Source: Terriglobia bacterium (GTDB lineage: Bacteria > Acidobacteriota > Terriglobia > JAJPHL01 > JAPKYU01). From it: a stretch of DNA of 64,000 nt. A program made the translations under genes and the position numbers. The stretch spans positions 960,001 through 1,024,000 of the forward strand of contig CBDCVK010000010.1 of NCBI GenBank assembly GCA_965223005.1, given 5' to 3'. Position 1 is the first letter of the stretch; every line of letters begins with the position of its first letter. The notes under the pieces were generated by a model. It did not search any database. It worked only from the letters and a program-made list of their open reading frames with translations, and was not told where the DNA came from. This document shows, piece after piece, positions 20,843 through 29,481 of this stretch.

Positions 20843-22123
20843 GTGACCCTCCCTTCAGGCAAGGTCGGTGGCTTGGCTGTCAGTTGGCGGGATCGCTACC
20901 CTCTCTACGCCGCCGCGGCTTCCTTCTACCTGCTGGCGTTGGCGAACGTGGCCGTGCTGTTCTCGATTTTCCTCAGCCAAACCCTGCTGGGGCTGGGCTT
21001 GATCGCCCTGGTGCTGGGACGCCAGAAACTCCAAGCCCCGCCAGCGATGCTCCCGCTGGGGCTGTTCGTTCTTTGGACGCTCGCCTCGCTGGCTCTTTCC
21101 CCGCAGCCGGTATTGGGCCTCCCTCAGATAAAGAAGTTTTACATCTTCCTGGTCCTGGTGGGGGCCTACAGCGCATTTCGCAATGTGGTGCAGGTCCACC
21201 GCGTCTTCCGGGCGCTGTTTGTCGCGGCTTCGGCGGCGGCCGTGCTGGCCATCGCCGAGTTCGGTCTTTACTACCAGAGCCTGCACTCAAATCGCGATTT
21301 TTACATATATTATGCGCAGTCCCGCATCACCGGCTTCATGAGTCACTGGCAGACCTTCAGCGGCGAGCAGATGCTGGTGCTGGCGGTGCTGCTGGCGTTC
21401 CTGCTGGCCTCCAGCGTGCGGCCGTGGTGGACTTGGGCAGCCGCGACCCTCATCAGCCTGTCGCTTCTGCTGGCGTTCACCCGCGGCGTCTGGCTGGGCT
21501 GCCTAGCGGCGCTGGTCTACCTGCTGTGGGACCTGCGCCGGCGCTGGTTGCCAGCGATCCCGGTGGCGCTGGTGTTGCTCTACCTGGTTTCGCCGCCCCT
21601 GGTCCAGTTGCGGGTGCGTTCATTGTTCAGCACGCAGTCGGAAGACCCCATCCGTGCGCGCGTTCTAATGACCCACACAGGCCTGAATATGATCCGGCAG
21701 CATCCGCTGTTTGGCATCGGTCCCAACCGGGTGCAGTACTGTTTCGATGAGTATCGGCCACCTCCCCTCGGCCCGAAGCCAGAAGCCTATTACGGGCACC
21801 TCCACAGCAATTACCTGCAGATCGCCGCCGAGCGCGGGTTACCGTGCCTGGCCTTTTTCCTTTGGCTGCTGCTGGCAGCTCTCCGCGACCAGCGACAGCT
21901 CGCCCCGCGTCTGGCCCCCCAATACCGCTACATCGCGCACGGGATCGGGGCCGCCGTGGTGGCGGTGCTGGTGGCGGGCGCCTTCGAGTACAACTTTGGC
22001 GATTCGGAAGTAGCTATGCTGCTGCTGTTTTACCTGAGCCATGGGTACACGGTGCGTCGCGGGTTGGAACAGGCCAGCGAGCCGCCACAGCCGGCTGAAG
22101 TGGCTGCGTTGCGGGATGGCTAG
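20843..22123 (+). CDS. O-antigen ligase (Wzy_C/WaaL) family membrane protein
   Basis: Multiple TM helices; TRGVW, HPLFGIG, HLHSNYLQIAAERG. Confidence 0.9.
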   Translation: MTLPSGKVGGLAVSWRDRYPLYAAAASFYLLALANVAVLFSIFLSQTLLGLGLIALVLGRQKLQAPPAMLPLGLFVLWTLASLALSPQPVLGLPQIKKFYIFLVLVGAYSAFRNVVQVHRVFRALFVAASAAAVLAIAEFGLYYQSLHSNRDFYIYYAQSRITGFMSHWQTFSGEQMLVLAVLLAFLLASSVRPWWTWAAATLISLSLLLAFTRGVWLGCLAALVYLLWDLRRRWLPAIPVALVLLYLVSPPLVQLRVRSLFSTQSEDPIRARVLMTHTGLNMIRQHPLFGIGPNRVQYCFDEYRPPPLGPKPEAYYGHLHSNYLQIAAERGLPCLAFFLWLLLAALRDQRQLAPRLAPQYRYIAHGIGAAVVAVLVAGAFEYNFGDSEVAMLLLFYLSHGYTVRRGLEQASEPPQPAEVAALRDG

Positions 22124-22261
22124 TGACGGAGTCCCGAGGGCATAGACAACGGACTTGAAGAAAACAGCATGGCGGTGCGTTCGGTGCTGCCTGTTCAACA
22201 CCACCGTTCAACGCCGCCGCAGCGCAACCGCGGCGCGAGAGGTTAGGAAGGTAGGTTCCAG

Positions 22262-23116
22262 ATGGCGTCCCGTTTTCTCGACGAAAAGCAGGTGGTGCGC
22301 TACCGTCAATTCCACTTCGATTTTCCTGAGCGCACTCTGGCCGGCAAGGTCGTGCTGGTCGCCGGCGGCTCGGGCGGGCTCGGCAGCGCTACCGCTGCGA
22401 TGCTGGTGAAGGAAGGGGCCACGGTCGTGCTCGGCTACCGCACTAACCGTGCGCGCTCCGAGGCGCTGGCCACAGCGCTGGCAACCTACGGCAGCGGGTG
22501 CGTACACCTGGTGGAGGGCGACCTAAGGGAAGCCTCTGCCCGCCAGCGCTATCTGGCGGCTGCCGACCAGGGGGAGCTCTACGGCCTGGTCAGTTTTGTA
22601 GGAGATCCCGCACGGCTGCCCCCTGGTGCGCCCGCCGGCGAACAAGGGCAGGAAGCTTTGCAGCAATCTCTGGAAGCCTCGTGGGGCCTGAATTTTCTCG
22701 CCCCGATCTTGCTGGCCCGCTTGGCGGGCGAACGGATGCTGTCGGCCGGCACGCCAGGCAGCATCGTGCTGTTTTCTACCATGCAAGCGGTAGGTGTCTT
22801 CGAGGGCAGTGTCTCTTACGCGGCTCCCAAGTCCGCGCTGATTCACGCAGCCAAGATCCTGGGTAAGGAATGGGGCGGGGAGGCCAACATCCGGGTGAAC
22901 GTCGTGGCGCCCGGCGCTACGATCGCTGGTATGGCGGAGGGCAGCATCCGCAGCGGCAAATACGATGTTTACGTGGAGAGAGGAATCGTCCCGCGGTTTG
23001 GCCGTCCCGAGGACATTGCCCGTGCCGTCCGGTTCCTGCTGGAGCCGGACAACTACGTCACCGGGCAGGTGCTGACGGTGGACGGCGGCCTTACGTTGCG
23101 CCGCGACCTCCGATGA
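22262..23116 (+). CDS. Short-chain dehydrogenase/reductase
   Basis: GGSGGLG, YAAPK, IRVNVVAPG, YVTGQVLTVDGG. Confidence 0.92.
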   Translation: MASRFLDEKQVVRYRQFHFDFPERTLAGKVVLVAGGSGGLGSATAAMLVKEGATVVLGYRTNRARSEALATALATYGSGCVHLVEGDLREASARQRYLAAADQGELYGLVSFVGDPARLPPGAPAGEQGQEALQQSLEASWGLNFLAPILLARLAGERMLSAGTPGSIVLFSTMQAVGVFEGSVSYAAPKSALIHAAKILGKEWGGEANIRVNVVAPGATIAGMAEGSIRSGKYDVYVERGIVPRFGRPEDIARAVRFLLEPDNYVTGQVLTVDGGLTLRRDLR

Positions 23117-23346
23117 ATGCTCAGCTCGGCCATCGGCTCCTTTTGCACCACAGTTCCGAACTGTGAGCGTGAGCCGTTGTCAGGCTATGGCGCTTCCTAC
23201 GCGGTGGAGGCTTTTCCGGGCGAATGACAAGAAGTGGGGATGACACGAAGAGCGAGGAAACGCGCTAACATCGCACAGCCTTGCTCTCCGCGCACCCTCT
23301 GATTCCATTTCGGGGCGGTTCAGAGAAATACCGGCCACCGACTGAG

Positions 23347-23730
23347 TCAGCGGGCCAGGCGGGAGGCCCGAGCAACATCGGAAACGCACAACACAGTGTT
23401 CACCTTCCTACCGGTTCCGCCGCTGGCGTAGGCGTAATCAATATTGATGCCGGCGACGGCCAACTTCTCGGCGACTGCGGCCAACGCCCCAGGTTTGTCC
23501 GGCAATGCGACCACCAGCACGTCCTCTTCCGTGGGGTCCAAGCCCTGGGCCTGCAAAGCCTTCTTGGCGCGGACAGGGCTATTCACCAGCAGGCGGATCG
23601 GACTTCGGTCACCGCTTCCCACACAGATCAGCCCCGTGATGTTCACCTTGCTGTCGGCCAGCGTGCGGACCACATGGGCCAATGTCCCAACAGCGTCCGG
23701 CACATAAACGGTCAGTTGCTTGGCTTTCAT
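23347..23730 (-). CDS. Tandem ACT domain protein
   Basis: KQLTVYVPDAVGTL...VNI...PDKPGALA...GINIDYAYAS; start refined to 23730. Confidence 0.9.
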   Translation of the reverse strand: MKAKQLTVYVPDAVGTLAHVVRTLADSKVNITGLICVGSGDRSPIRLLVNSPVRAKKALQAQGLDPTEEDVLVVALPDKPGALAAVAEKLAVAGINIDYAYASGGTGRKVNTVLCVSDVARASRLAR

Positions 23731-23949
23731 AGTAGCCCGAGAGTAGCACAAAGTCTGGCTGAGCAGGGATGGGTCAAGCCAATGCTTGCCCGGTTGGCGA
23801 GGCCGTTGCAGGGGCTCGGCAGCTTCACCCAAGATGCCACTTCGGGTCAGGGCGGCTCCTGAACACCATCACCTGGCCCAACTCCACGCAGGAGAACCAG
23901 CAGGCTGCTGAGACCGGCACAAACTAAGAATCTTTGCGGCTGCGCGCAT

Positions 23950-24861
23950 TCAAAAGCTGGTCAGGGCTTTGGCTTTCTCGCGGACTTGCTGTGCCCGAGC
24001 CGGTTTGCCGGCGCGGGCGAAGGCATCGGCCAGCGTCTTCAAGATGTCGGCGTTCTTCCACCCGGTGGCCTCTGCGGCCGCCGTGGCCAGCTCGACCGCG
24101 CGTTGTGGGTTTGCCAGGAGGGGGTCGGTGACGGTCAGAAACAGGCGTGCCAGGTTGTACTGTGCCATCAGCAGGTTGGGAGCTGCTTCCAGCGCTTTTT
24201 CGTAGGCGGCGATGGCCTCTGCCGGTCGTCCCATCTGTTCCCAAGTTTGGGCTTTGCCCAGCAGGCCCTCAGGATGGTTCGGCTTGAGGACGAGGGCCTG
24301 CGCGTACTGGGCGAGCGCCTCATCCCAGTCTTCAGCGCGGCGGCGGGCGTCAGCCAGGGAAAGCCGCGCGTTCCAGTCCCGGGGCGCCACCTCGACGGCT
24401 TTTGAAAAGGCGGCAATGGCCCTCGGATAATCTTTCTTTTTCATAGCCACGGCGCCCAGAGCCAAGTGGGGCTGGGGTACCCAACGGTTCTTTTCCACCG
24501 CACGGTGCGCCTGCTGTTCAGCTTCGGCCAGCCGTCCCTGCCGCAGGTAGAGCCGGGCCAGAGACACTTCCAGCAGCGAATCAGGGGCCAGAAGGCCCAT
24601 CTTCTTGTATTCGGCTTCGGCTGCCTCGAGGTCACCGGCAGCCTCGTAGGCCAGTGCCAGCGCGTAGTGGGCTTCGGCGCTGGTCGGGTCAGCCTCCACG
24701 GCCTCTTTGGCCAGTGCCAGGGCCTGCTGCCATTCCCCTTGGCCAATCAGACGCCCGGCCTCAACTGCTTTCTTGTGCGCCTGGACAGAATCGAGCGGGG
24801 GCGCAGTGTCTTGGAGCAAAAAAAGGCTCAGCAGCAGCGGAATGAGAAGCGACAGACCCAT
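23950..24861 (-). CDS. Exported tetratricopeptide repeat protein
   Basis: Signal peptide and multiple TPR-like helix pairs. Confidence 0.9.
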   Translation of the reverse strand: MGLSLLIPLLLSLFLLQDTAPPLDSVQAHKKAVEAGRLIGQGEWQQALALAKEAVEADPTSAEAHYALALAYEAAGDLEAAEAEYKKMGLLAPDSLLEVSLARLYLRQGRLAEAEQQAHRAVEKNRWVPQPHLALGAVAMKKKDYPRAIAAFSKAVEVAPRDWNARLSLADARRRAEDWDEALAQYAQALVLKPNHPEGLLGKAQTWEQMGRPAEAIAAYEKALEAAPNLLMAQYNLARLFLTVTDPLLANPQRAVELATAAAEATGWKNADILKTLADAFARAGKPARAQQVREKAKALTSF

Positions 24862-24881
24862 CGTTGTCTCTCATCATACCC

Positions 24882-24965
24882 GACAAGGAGACCCGAAGGC
24901 CTGACAAGGAGATCCTAGGGCCTGACAAGGAGACCCGAAGGCCTGACAAGGAGATCCGAATGCTG
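24882..24965. repeat. 21-bp x4 tandem repeat (VNTR) upstream of TPR gene
   Basis: gacaaggagacccgaaggcct / gacaaggagatcctagggcct / gacaaggagacccgaaggcct / gacaaggagatccgaatgctg. Confidence 0.95.
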
Positions 24966-25010
24966 CGTGCGTCGAATGAGTACTTAGGTGGTTGACCTGA
25001 GACCCGCCAG

Positions 25011-26162
25011 TTACCGCTCTGGCTGCCCGCTTTGCGCTTTGGCCTGCTGTAGCTCCGCGATTCCAGCCCGGACTTGATCGGCGTTGGGCGCCTTGGGGCT
25101 CTCTTGCAAAAAGGTGCGTAGTTGCTTTTCCGCTTCCTCCAGCTTTCCTTTCTGCCAGTAGATTTGGGCTAGCAACAGGTGGATCTGAGGCACCTGGCGG
25201 TGCTCATGCCGGTCCGCTTGCAGAGCGCTCTTTTCGGCCTCCTCCACACGGCCCAGCGACAGGTTGGCGTAGGAGCGGAAGAAATGCCCCGGGCCCAGGG
25301 TGGGATAGAGCTGCAAGATCTTGCCCGACGTTTCCAGCAACCGCTGAGGCTCAGGGATTTGCATCCAAGCCAAGTTAACGTAAGCGCTCACCCAGTTGGG
25401 GTCGGCGGCAATGGCGTGCTCGAAGGCTTTGAGCGCCTCCGTCTTCTGTTTTTTCCGTATGTAAATCGCTCCCATCTCGTTGAAGGCTTCCGCGTATTCA
25501 GGATAAATCTCGGTGGCTTTCTGAAGCCGCCGGAGAGCCTCGTCGTACTTCTTCTTTCGGCCAGCCTTTCGAGCTTTGTTAAATTCCTTCCTGGCTTTCT
25601 TGGGAACTTTGAGGCTAGCCAGGCTGACGATGGTCCCGCTCCCGGTCGTTTCGCTGTCCGCAAATAGCCCTCTTCGGACGCCACGTTCCTGGATGATGAT
25701 TGTGGCAGGGACGTTACCGAAGAAATCCACATCTTCTACATATTCCCACCCGTTGCCCAGATGCACGTGGACCTCATACCGGCGCCCGGACTGCTGCTGC
25801 TGTTGCTGCTGAAACCGGAAGGTGCCATCCGATTGGGTTACGGTGCTGTCCACGCGCATCATGTCCCGGTAAAGATCCACGCGCATGTGCAAAAGTGGAG
25901 GATCCACGATTCTGCCGGAGATGCCGCCTCCGAAGCGGCCAAACGGGTCGCGTCCGAAGGGGTCTTGCCCGGGGGGCCCGGGCCGCTCTATTCCCGGCTG
26001 CGGCCTGCCGGGCTGTGGCTCCCTTCCGGGGGAGGGTTGGGAAGGGCGCGTCGGTGGCGTCTGCCCCTGTCCTGGGGTCGGCTGCTGGGCCCAGAGCACA
26101 GAAACAGAAAGTAGCAATACTAAACCCAGGTTTCGAGCCAGAACTACGTTTCGGATTCCCAT
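25011..26162 (-). CDS. Exported TPR protein with Pro/Gln-rich linker and carboxypeptidase-regulatory-like domain
   Basis: Signal peptide, ISGRIV...TQSDGTFRF, poly-Q, VPKKARKEF, TPRs; start approximate. Confidence 0.88.
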   Translation of the reverse strand: MGIRNVVLARNLGLVLLLSVSVLWAQQPTPGQGQTPPTRPSQPSPGREPQPGRPQPGIERPGPPGQDPFGRDPFGRFGGGISGRIVDPPLLHMRVDLYRDMMRVDSTVTQSDGTFRFQQQQQQQSGRRYEVHVHLGNGWEYVEDVDFFGNVPATIIIQERGVRRGLFADSETTGSGTIVSLASLKVPKKARKEFNKARKAGRKKKYDEALRRLQKATEIYPEYAEAFNEMGAIYIRKKQKTEALKAFEHAIAADPNWVSAYVNLAWMQIPEPQRLLETSGKILQLYPTLGPGHFFRSYANLSLGRVEEAEKSALQADRHEHRQVPQIHLLLAQIYWQKGKLEEAEKQLRTFLQESPKAPNADQVRAGIAELQQAKAQSGQPER

Positions 26163-26257
26163 AAGAAACCTCGCCGTTGGGGGGGGGCTGCTGAGCCACA
26201 GCATACGCCCTCTTCCCTCGTGCGGCAACATCGGAATGCCCCAGTCCTCAGTCTCGG

Positions 26258-26938
26258 CTAGTGTGGAGCCGACTTGAAGATCAAGATGTACTGGTTGGGT
26301 AGTACCGTCGGCGAGGCTTCAAGCTTCCAGCCGAAACGCTGGACCTCCTTCACCACTCCATCCCGGTCCAGGCGGACGTGGTCTCGCATCTCGTCCCGCT
26401 TGAAGAAATCCACAATGGCAATGCGCCCCTCGGATTTGAGCGCCCTTCGCAGGTGGTCCAACATGGCTTTGGGAAATGCGAAGTGGTGATAGCAATCCAG
26501 CATCACTGCCAGATCCATCTCGCCGGGGGGCAAGCGCGGGTTCAGCTCGTCGCCCAGAAGCAACAGGACGTTCTCCAGTCCGAATGTCTGGACCTTTTCG
26601 CGAGCACGTTCCAGGAAATCCGGGTAGATGTCTTCGGCGTAGACCAGCCCGCCGGGGTCCACCGCCTTACTCAGGTAGGGCAGTAGAACTCCGGCGCCGG
26701 TGCCGATGTCGGCGACGCGGTCGCCCGGCTGGACGTCAAGTGCAGCGATCAGTTCGCGCGGCTTCAACCGCTCGATTCGATCTGGATTTTCCAGGTACGC
26801 GACGACCCCGGCGCGCTGCTCCGGCGTGTGGTAATGCTCGTTGGGGACCTGGACTGGTTCCGGCTTCTGTCCCCAGCCGGCACCGCCGAGCAACATCAGG
26901 GAAACAGCGAAAATTCTGGGGACGCAGCGATTCCTCAT
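26258..26938 (-). CDS. Class I SAM-dependent methyltransferase with signal-like N-terminus
   Basis: VADIGTGAG motif I, YHH, ALKSEGRIAIVDF. Confidence 0.9.
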   Translation of the reverse strand: MRNRCVPRIFAVSLMLLGGAGWGQKPEPVQVPNEHYHTPEQRAGVVAYLENPDRIERLKPRELIAALDVQPGDRVADIGTGAGVLLPYLSKAVDPGGLVYAEDIYPDFLERAREKVQTFGLENVLLLLGDELNPRLPPGEMDLAVMLDCYHHFAFPKAMLDHLRRALKSEGRIAIVDFFKRDEMRDHVRLDRDGVVKEVQRFGWKLEASPTVLPNQYILIFKSAPH

Positions 26939-26963
26939 ATGGAGAAACTCCGCCAGACTAGCT

Positions 26964-27004
26964 GATCCGCAGCAGGTTACAACGATCCGGCAGCAGGTTA
27001 CAAC
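26964..27004. repeat. 20/21-bp tandem duplication
   Basis: gatccgcagcaggttacaac / gatccggcagcaggttacaac. Confidence 0.9.
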
Positions 27005-27120
27005 AAGGCACACTTGGGAGCCGATTCCCGGCGCGGAAGCTGTTTGCTAGTTTGGCGAGTGCCTTCGGAACCGGCGATGTGCCGGTCTGGGAAAGGGCCT
27101 TATTCGTATAAGCTAGCTTC

Positions 27121-28449
27121 GTGGAACCCGGCGCGCGAACTACGCTGGATCGCCGTCTTGGACCGCTCACCGCTACGTCCGTAGTGGTGGCCAACATGAT
27201 TGGAGCGGGCATATTCACCACCTCAGGCTTTATTGCCCGGGATCTGGCCGATCCGGTGGCCCTGCTGACAGTCTGGCTGGTCGGAGGCATGCTCGCGCTG
27301 GCCGGGGCGCTCTCCTATAGCGAATTGGGAGCGGCTATGCCAGAGGCGGGTGGCGAGTACGTCTACCTGCGTGAAGCCTACGGACCGCTGGTCGGGTTTC
27401 TGAGCGGATGGGTCTCATTTTTCATCGCGTTCACTGGTGGCATCGCGGCGCTGTCCCTGGCGTTTGCGCAGTACGCGGCGCACTTTTTCCCTGCCGTGAG
27501 ACCCCCGCGGGCGGCAGGGATCGCCCTGGCCATTGCGTTAGTCTGGGGACTGACCGCGGTCCATTCGCTGGGCGTGGGACCGGGCGGTCTGTTCCAACGG
27601 ATCATCACTGCTGCCAATGTGTCAGCCATTCTGGTCTTGGTCGTGGCTGGCTTCTGGCTGGGAACCGGCGACATAGCCCATTTTCGCCCCGTCGAACCGG
27701 CGATATGGAGTAATTTTCCGGTCGCGCTCGTCTTTGTAATGTTTGCCTATAGCGGGTGGAATGCCGCGGCCTACCTCGCGGGGGAAATCCCAGAGCCGGG
27801 CCGCAACCTGCCTCTAGCTCTGCTGGGAGGGACGATGCTGGTCACCGGTCTCTACCTGGCACTGAACACTTTCTATCTGTATGCGCTGCCGATCCCGGAG
27901 ATGGCCGGTGTGGAGGCCATCGCCGAGAAGGCCAGCGTGGCCGCTTTCGGGCCGGTGGCCACGCATCTGGTGACGGCGACGCTGCTGCTGGCGTTGGCCG
28001 GTTCCGCCAGTGCCATGGTCCTGGCTGGGCCGCGCGTCTATTTTGCCATGGGGCGCGATGGCGTCTTCCCCCGGGCGATTGCCACCGTGCACCCCCGTTT
28101 CCATACCCCGGCGCGGGCTATCTTCCTGCAGAGCGCTTGGAGTTCAGTATTGATCTATTTCTGGGGAAGCTTCGAACGGCTGATCGTCTACACTGGCTTC
28201 ACCCTGGTGGTGTTCTCAGCGCTTGCGGTGCTGGCCGTGCCAGTGTTGCGCCTTCGCCGTCCCGATTTACCCCGCCCCTATCGCGTTCCTGGCTATCCCG
28301 CGGTGCCCGTATTGTTTGTGCTGGTGTCGGGATGGATCGCCGTCTTCACCCTGTACGGGCGTCCCCGGGAATCCTTGCTAGGGCTGCTGACCGTGGCCGC
28401 CGGGGTGCCGTTCTACCTGCTGTTCCGCCGGTCGCGCCGGCGCGGTTAA
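27121..28449 (+). CDS. APC family amino acid permease
   Basis: MIGAGIF, ELGAAMPEAGGEYVYL, FAYSGWN, about 12 TM helices. Confidence 0.95.
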   Translation: MEPGARTTLDRRLGPLTATSVVVANMIGAGIFTTSGFIARDLADPVALLTVWLVGGMLALAGALSYSELGAAMPEAGGEYVYLREAYGPLVGFLSGWVSFFIAFTGGIAALSLAFAQYAAHFFPAVRPPRAAGIALAIALVWGLTAVHSLGVGPGGLFQRIITAANVSAILVLVVAGFWLGTGDIAHFRPVEPAIWSNFPVALVFVMFAYSGWNAAAYLAGEIPEPGRNLPLALLGGTMLVTGLYLALNTFYLYALPIPEMAGVEAIAEKASVAAFGPVATHLVTATLLLALAGSASAMVLAGPRVYFAMGRDGVFPRAIATVHPRFHTPARAIFLQSAWSSVLIYFWGSFERLIVYTGFTLVVFSALAVLAVPVLRLRRPDLPRPYRVPGYPAVPVLFVLVSGWIAVFTLYGRPRESLLGLLTVAAGVPFYLLFRRSRRRG

Positions 28450-28588
28450 TCCTTCATTTTTGTATTATGAGGACCGGCTGGGCCGCTGCGGCCGGTCGTT
28501 CCTCGACGAATTTTTCCACCGGATCGCCGGCAGGTGCCAGCGAGTGCGGCTCTAGGCCAAGCCAAGGATGGTGAAGTAGAATGGCGCC

Positions 28589-29332
28589 ATGGCTGCCGCG
28601 AAACACTTGCGTGCCCAGATCGTTTCCCGCCAGGACTACGCTCCCGATTTGTGGAGCATCCGCATCGCGCCGGAACAGCCCCTTTCGTTCAAGCCCGGCC
28701 AGTACGCCACTCTGGGCGTGCCAAAGGCCGGCAAGGTCATTGAGCGGCCCTATTCGATCGTCTCCAGCCCGGCCGAACCGGAAGTGGAGTTCTTTTTCGA
28801 GCTGGTACCGGAGGGAGCGCTGACCCCGCTCCTGTACCCGCTCGGAACCGGCGCCGAGCTGCTGGTGCGCCCGGCCTGCAAGGGCTTGTTCACGCTGGAC
28901 CGCAAAAGCGGCCGCACCCGGCACCTGATGGTGGCCACTGTGACCGGCGTGGCCCCTTTCGTCAGCATGGTCCGCACCATGGTCCACCAGCCGGAAGAGG
29001 GCCACCAACTGTTCGTCCTGGAGGGTGCCAGCCGCTCTTGGGAATTCGCTTACGCCCACGAACTGGAGGAGACCGCCCGCAACCACCCGTGGCTGAAATT
29101 TGTTCCCACCGTCAGCCGTAGCTGGGAAGATCCCGAGTGGCGGGGCGAGCGCGGGCGCGTAGACGACGTGCTGCGCAAGTATACCGACCAGCTGGGTCTC
29201 ACCCCTGAAACCACTACCGCCTACCTGTGCGGGCACCCGACGATGATCGCGAACGCCCACGGCATGCTCCGCCGTGCCGGGTTTCCCAAGGAGTCCGTCA
29301 AGGAAGAAGTCTACTTTGTGCTGAAGACTTAG
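28589..29332 (+). CDS. fpr: Ferredoxin-NADP+ reductase (bacterial Fpr type)
   Basis: FKPGQY, RPYSIVS, GALTP, TGVAPF, YLCGHP.MI. Confidence 0.85.
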   Translation: MAAAKHLRAQIVSRQDYAPDLWSIRIAPEQPLSFKPGQYATLGVPKAGKVIERPYSIVSSPAEPEVEFFFELVPEGALTPLLYPLGTGAELLVRPACKGLFTLDRKSGRTRHLMVATVTGVAPFVSMVRTMVHQPEEGHQLFVLEGASRSWEFAYAHELEETARNHPWLKFVPTVSRSWEDPEWRGERGRVDDVLRKYTDQLGLTPETTTAYLCGHPTMIANAHGMLRRAGFPKESVKEEVYFVLKT

Positions 29333-29481
29333 GGTGACTGTCGGGCCGTGGGTCCGATACGCCTTGCGGCAGATGCTTTCCGCCGCAAGTGCCAAGTGGG
29401 CCGGGTCTGGCAGTTGCAAACCCAGTAGGCAATCAGGTAACATCGGCTTGCAACTCTTTGCATTCCGCGGGGTTCGAAGTC

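Noticed and set aside
24882-24965. CRISPR array
   Set aside because: Units are contiguous with no unique spacers, and there are no cas genes nearby.
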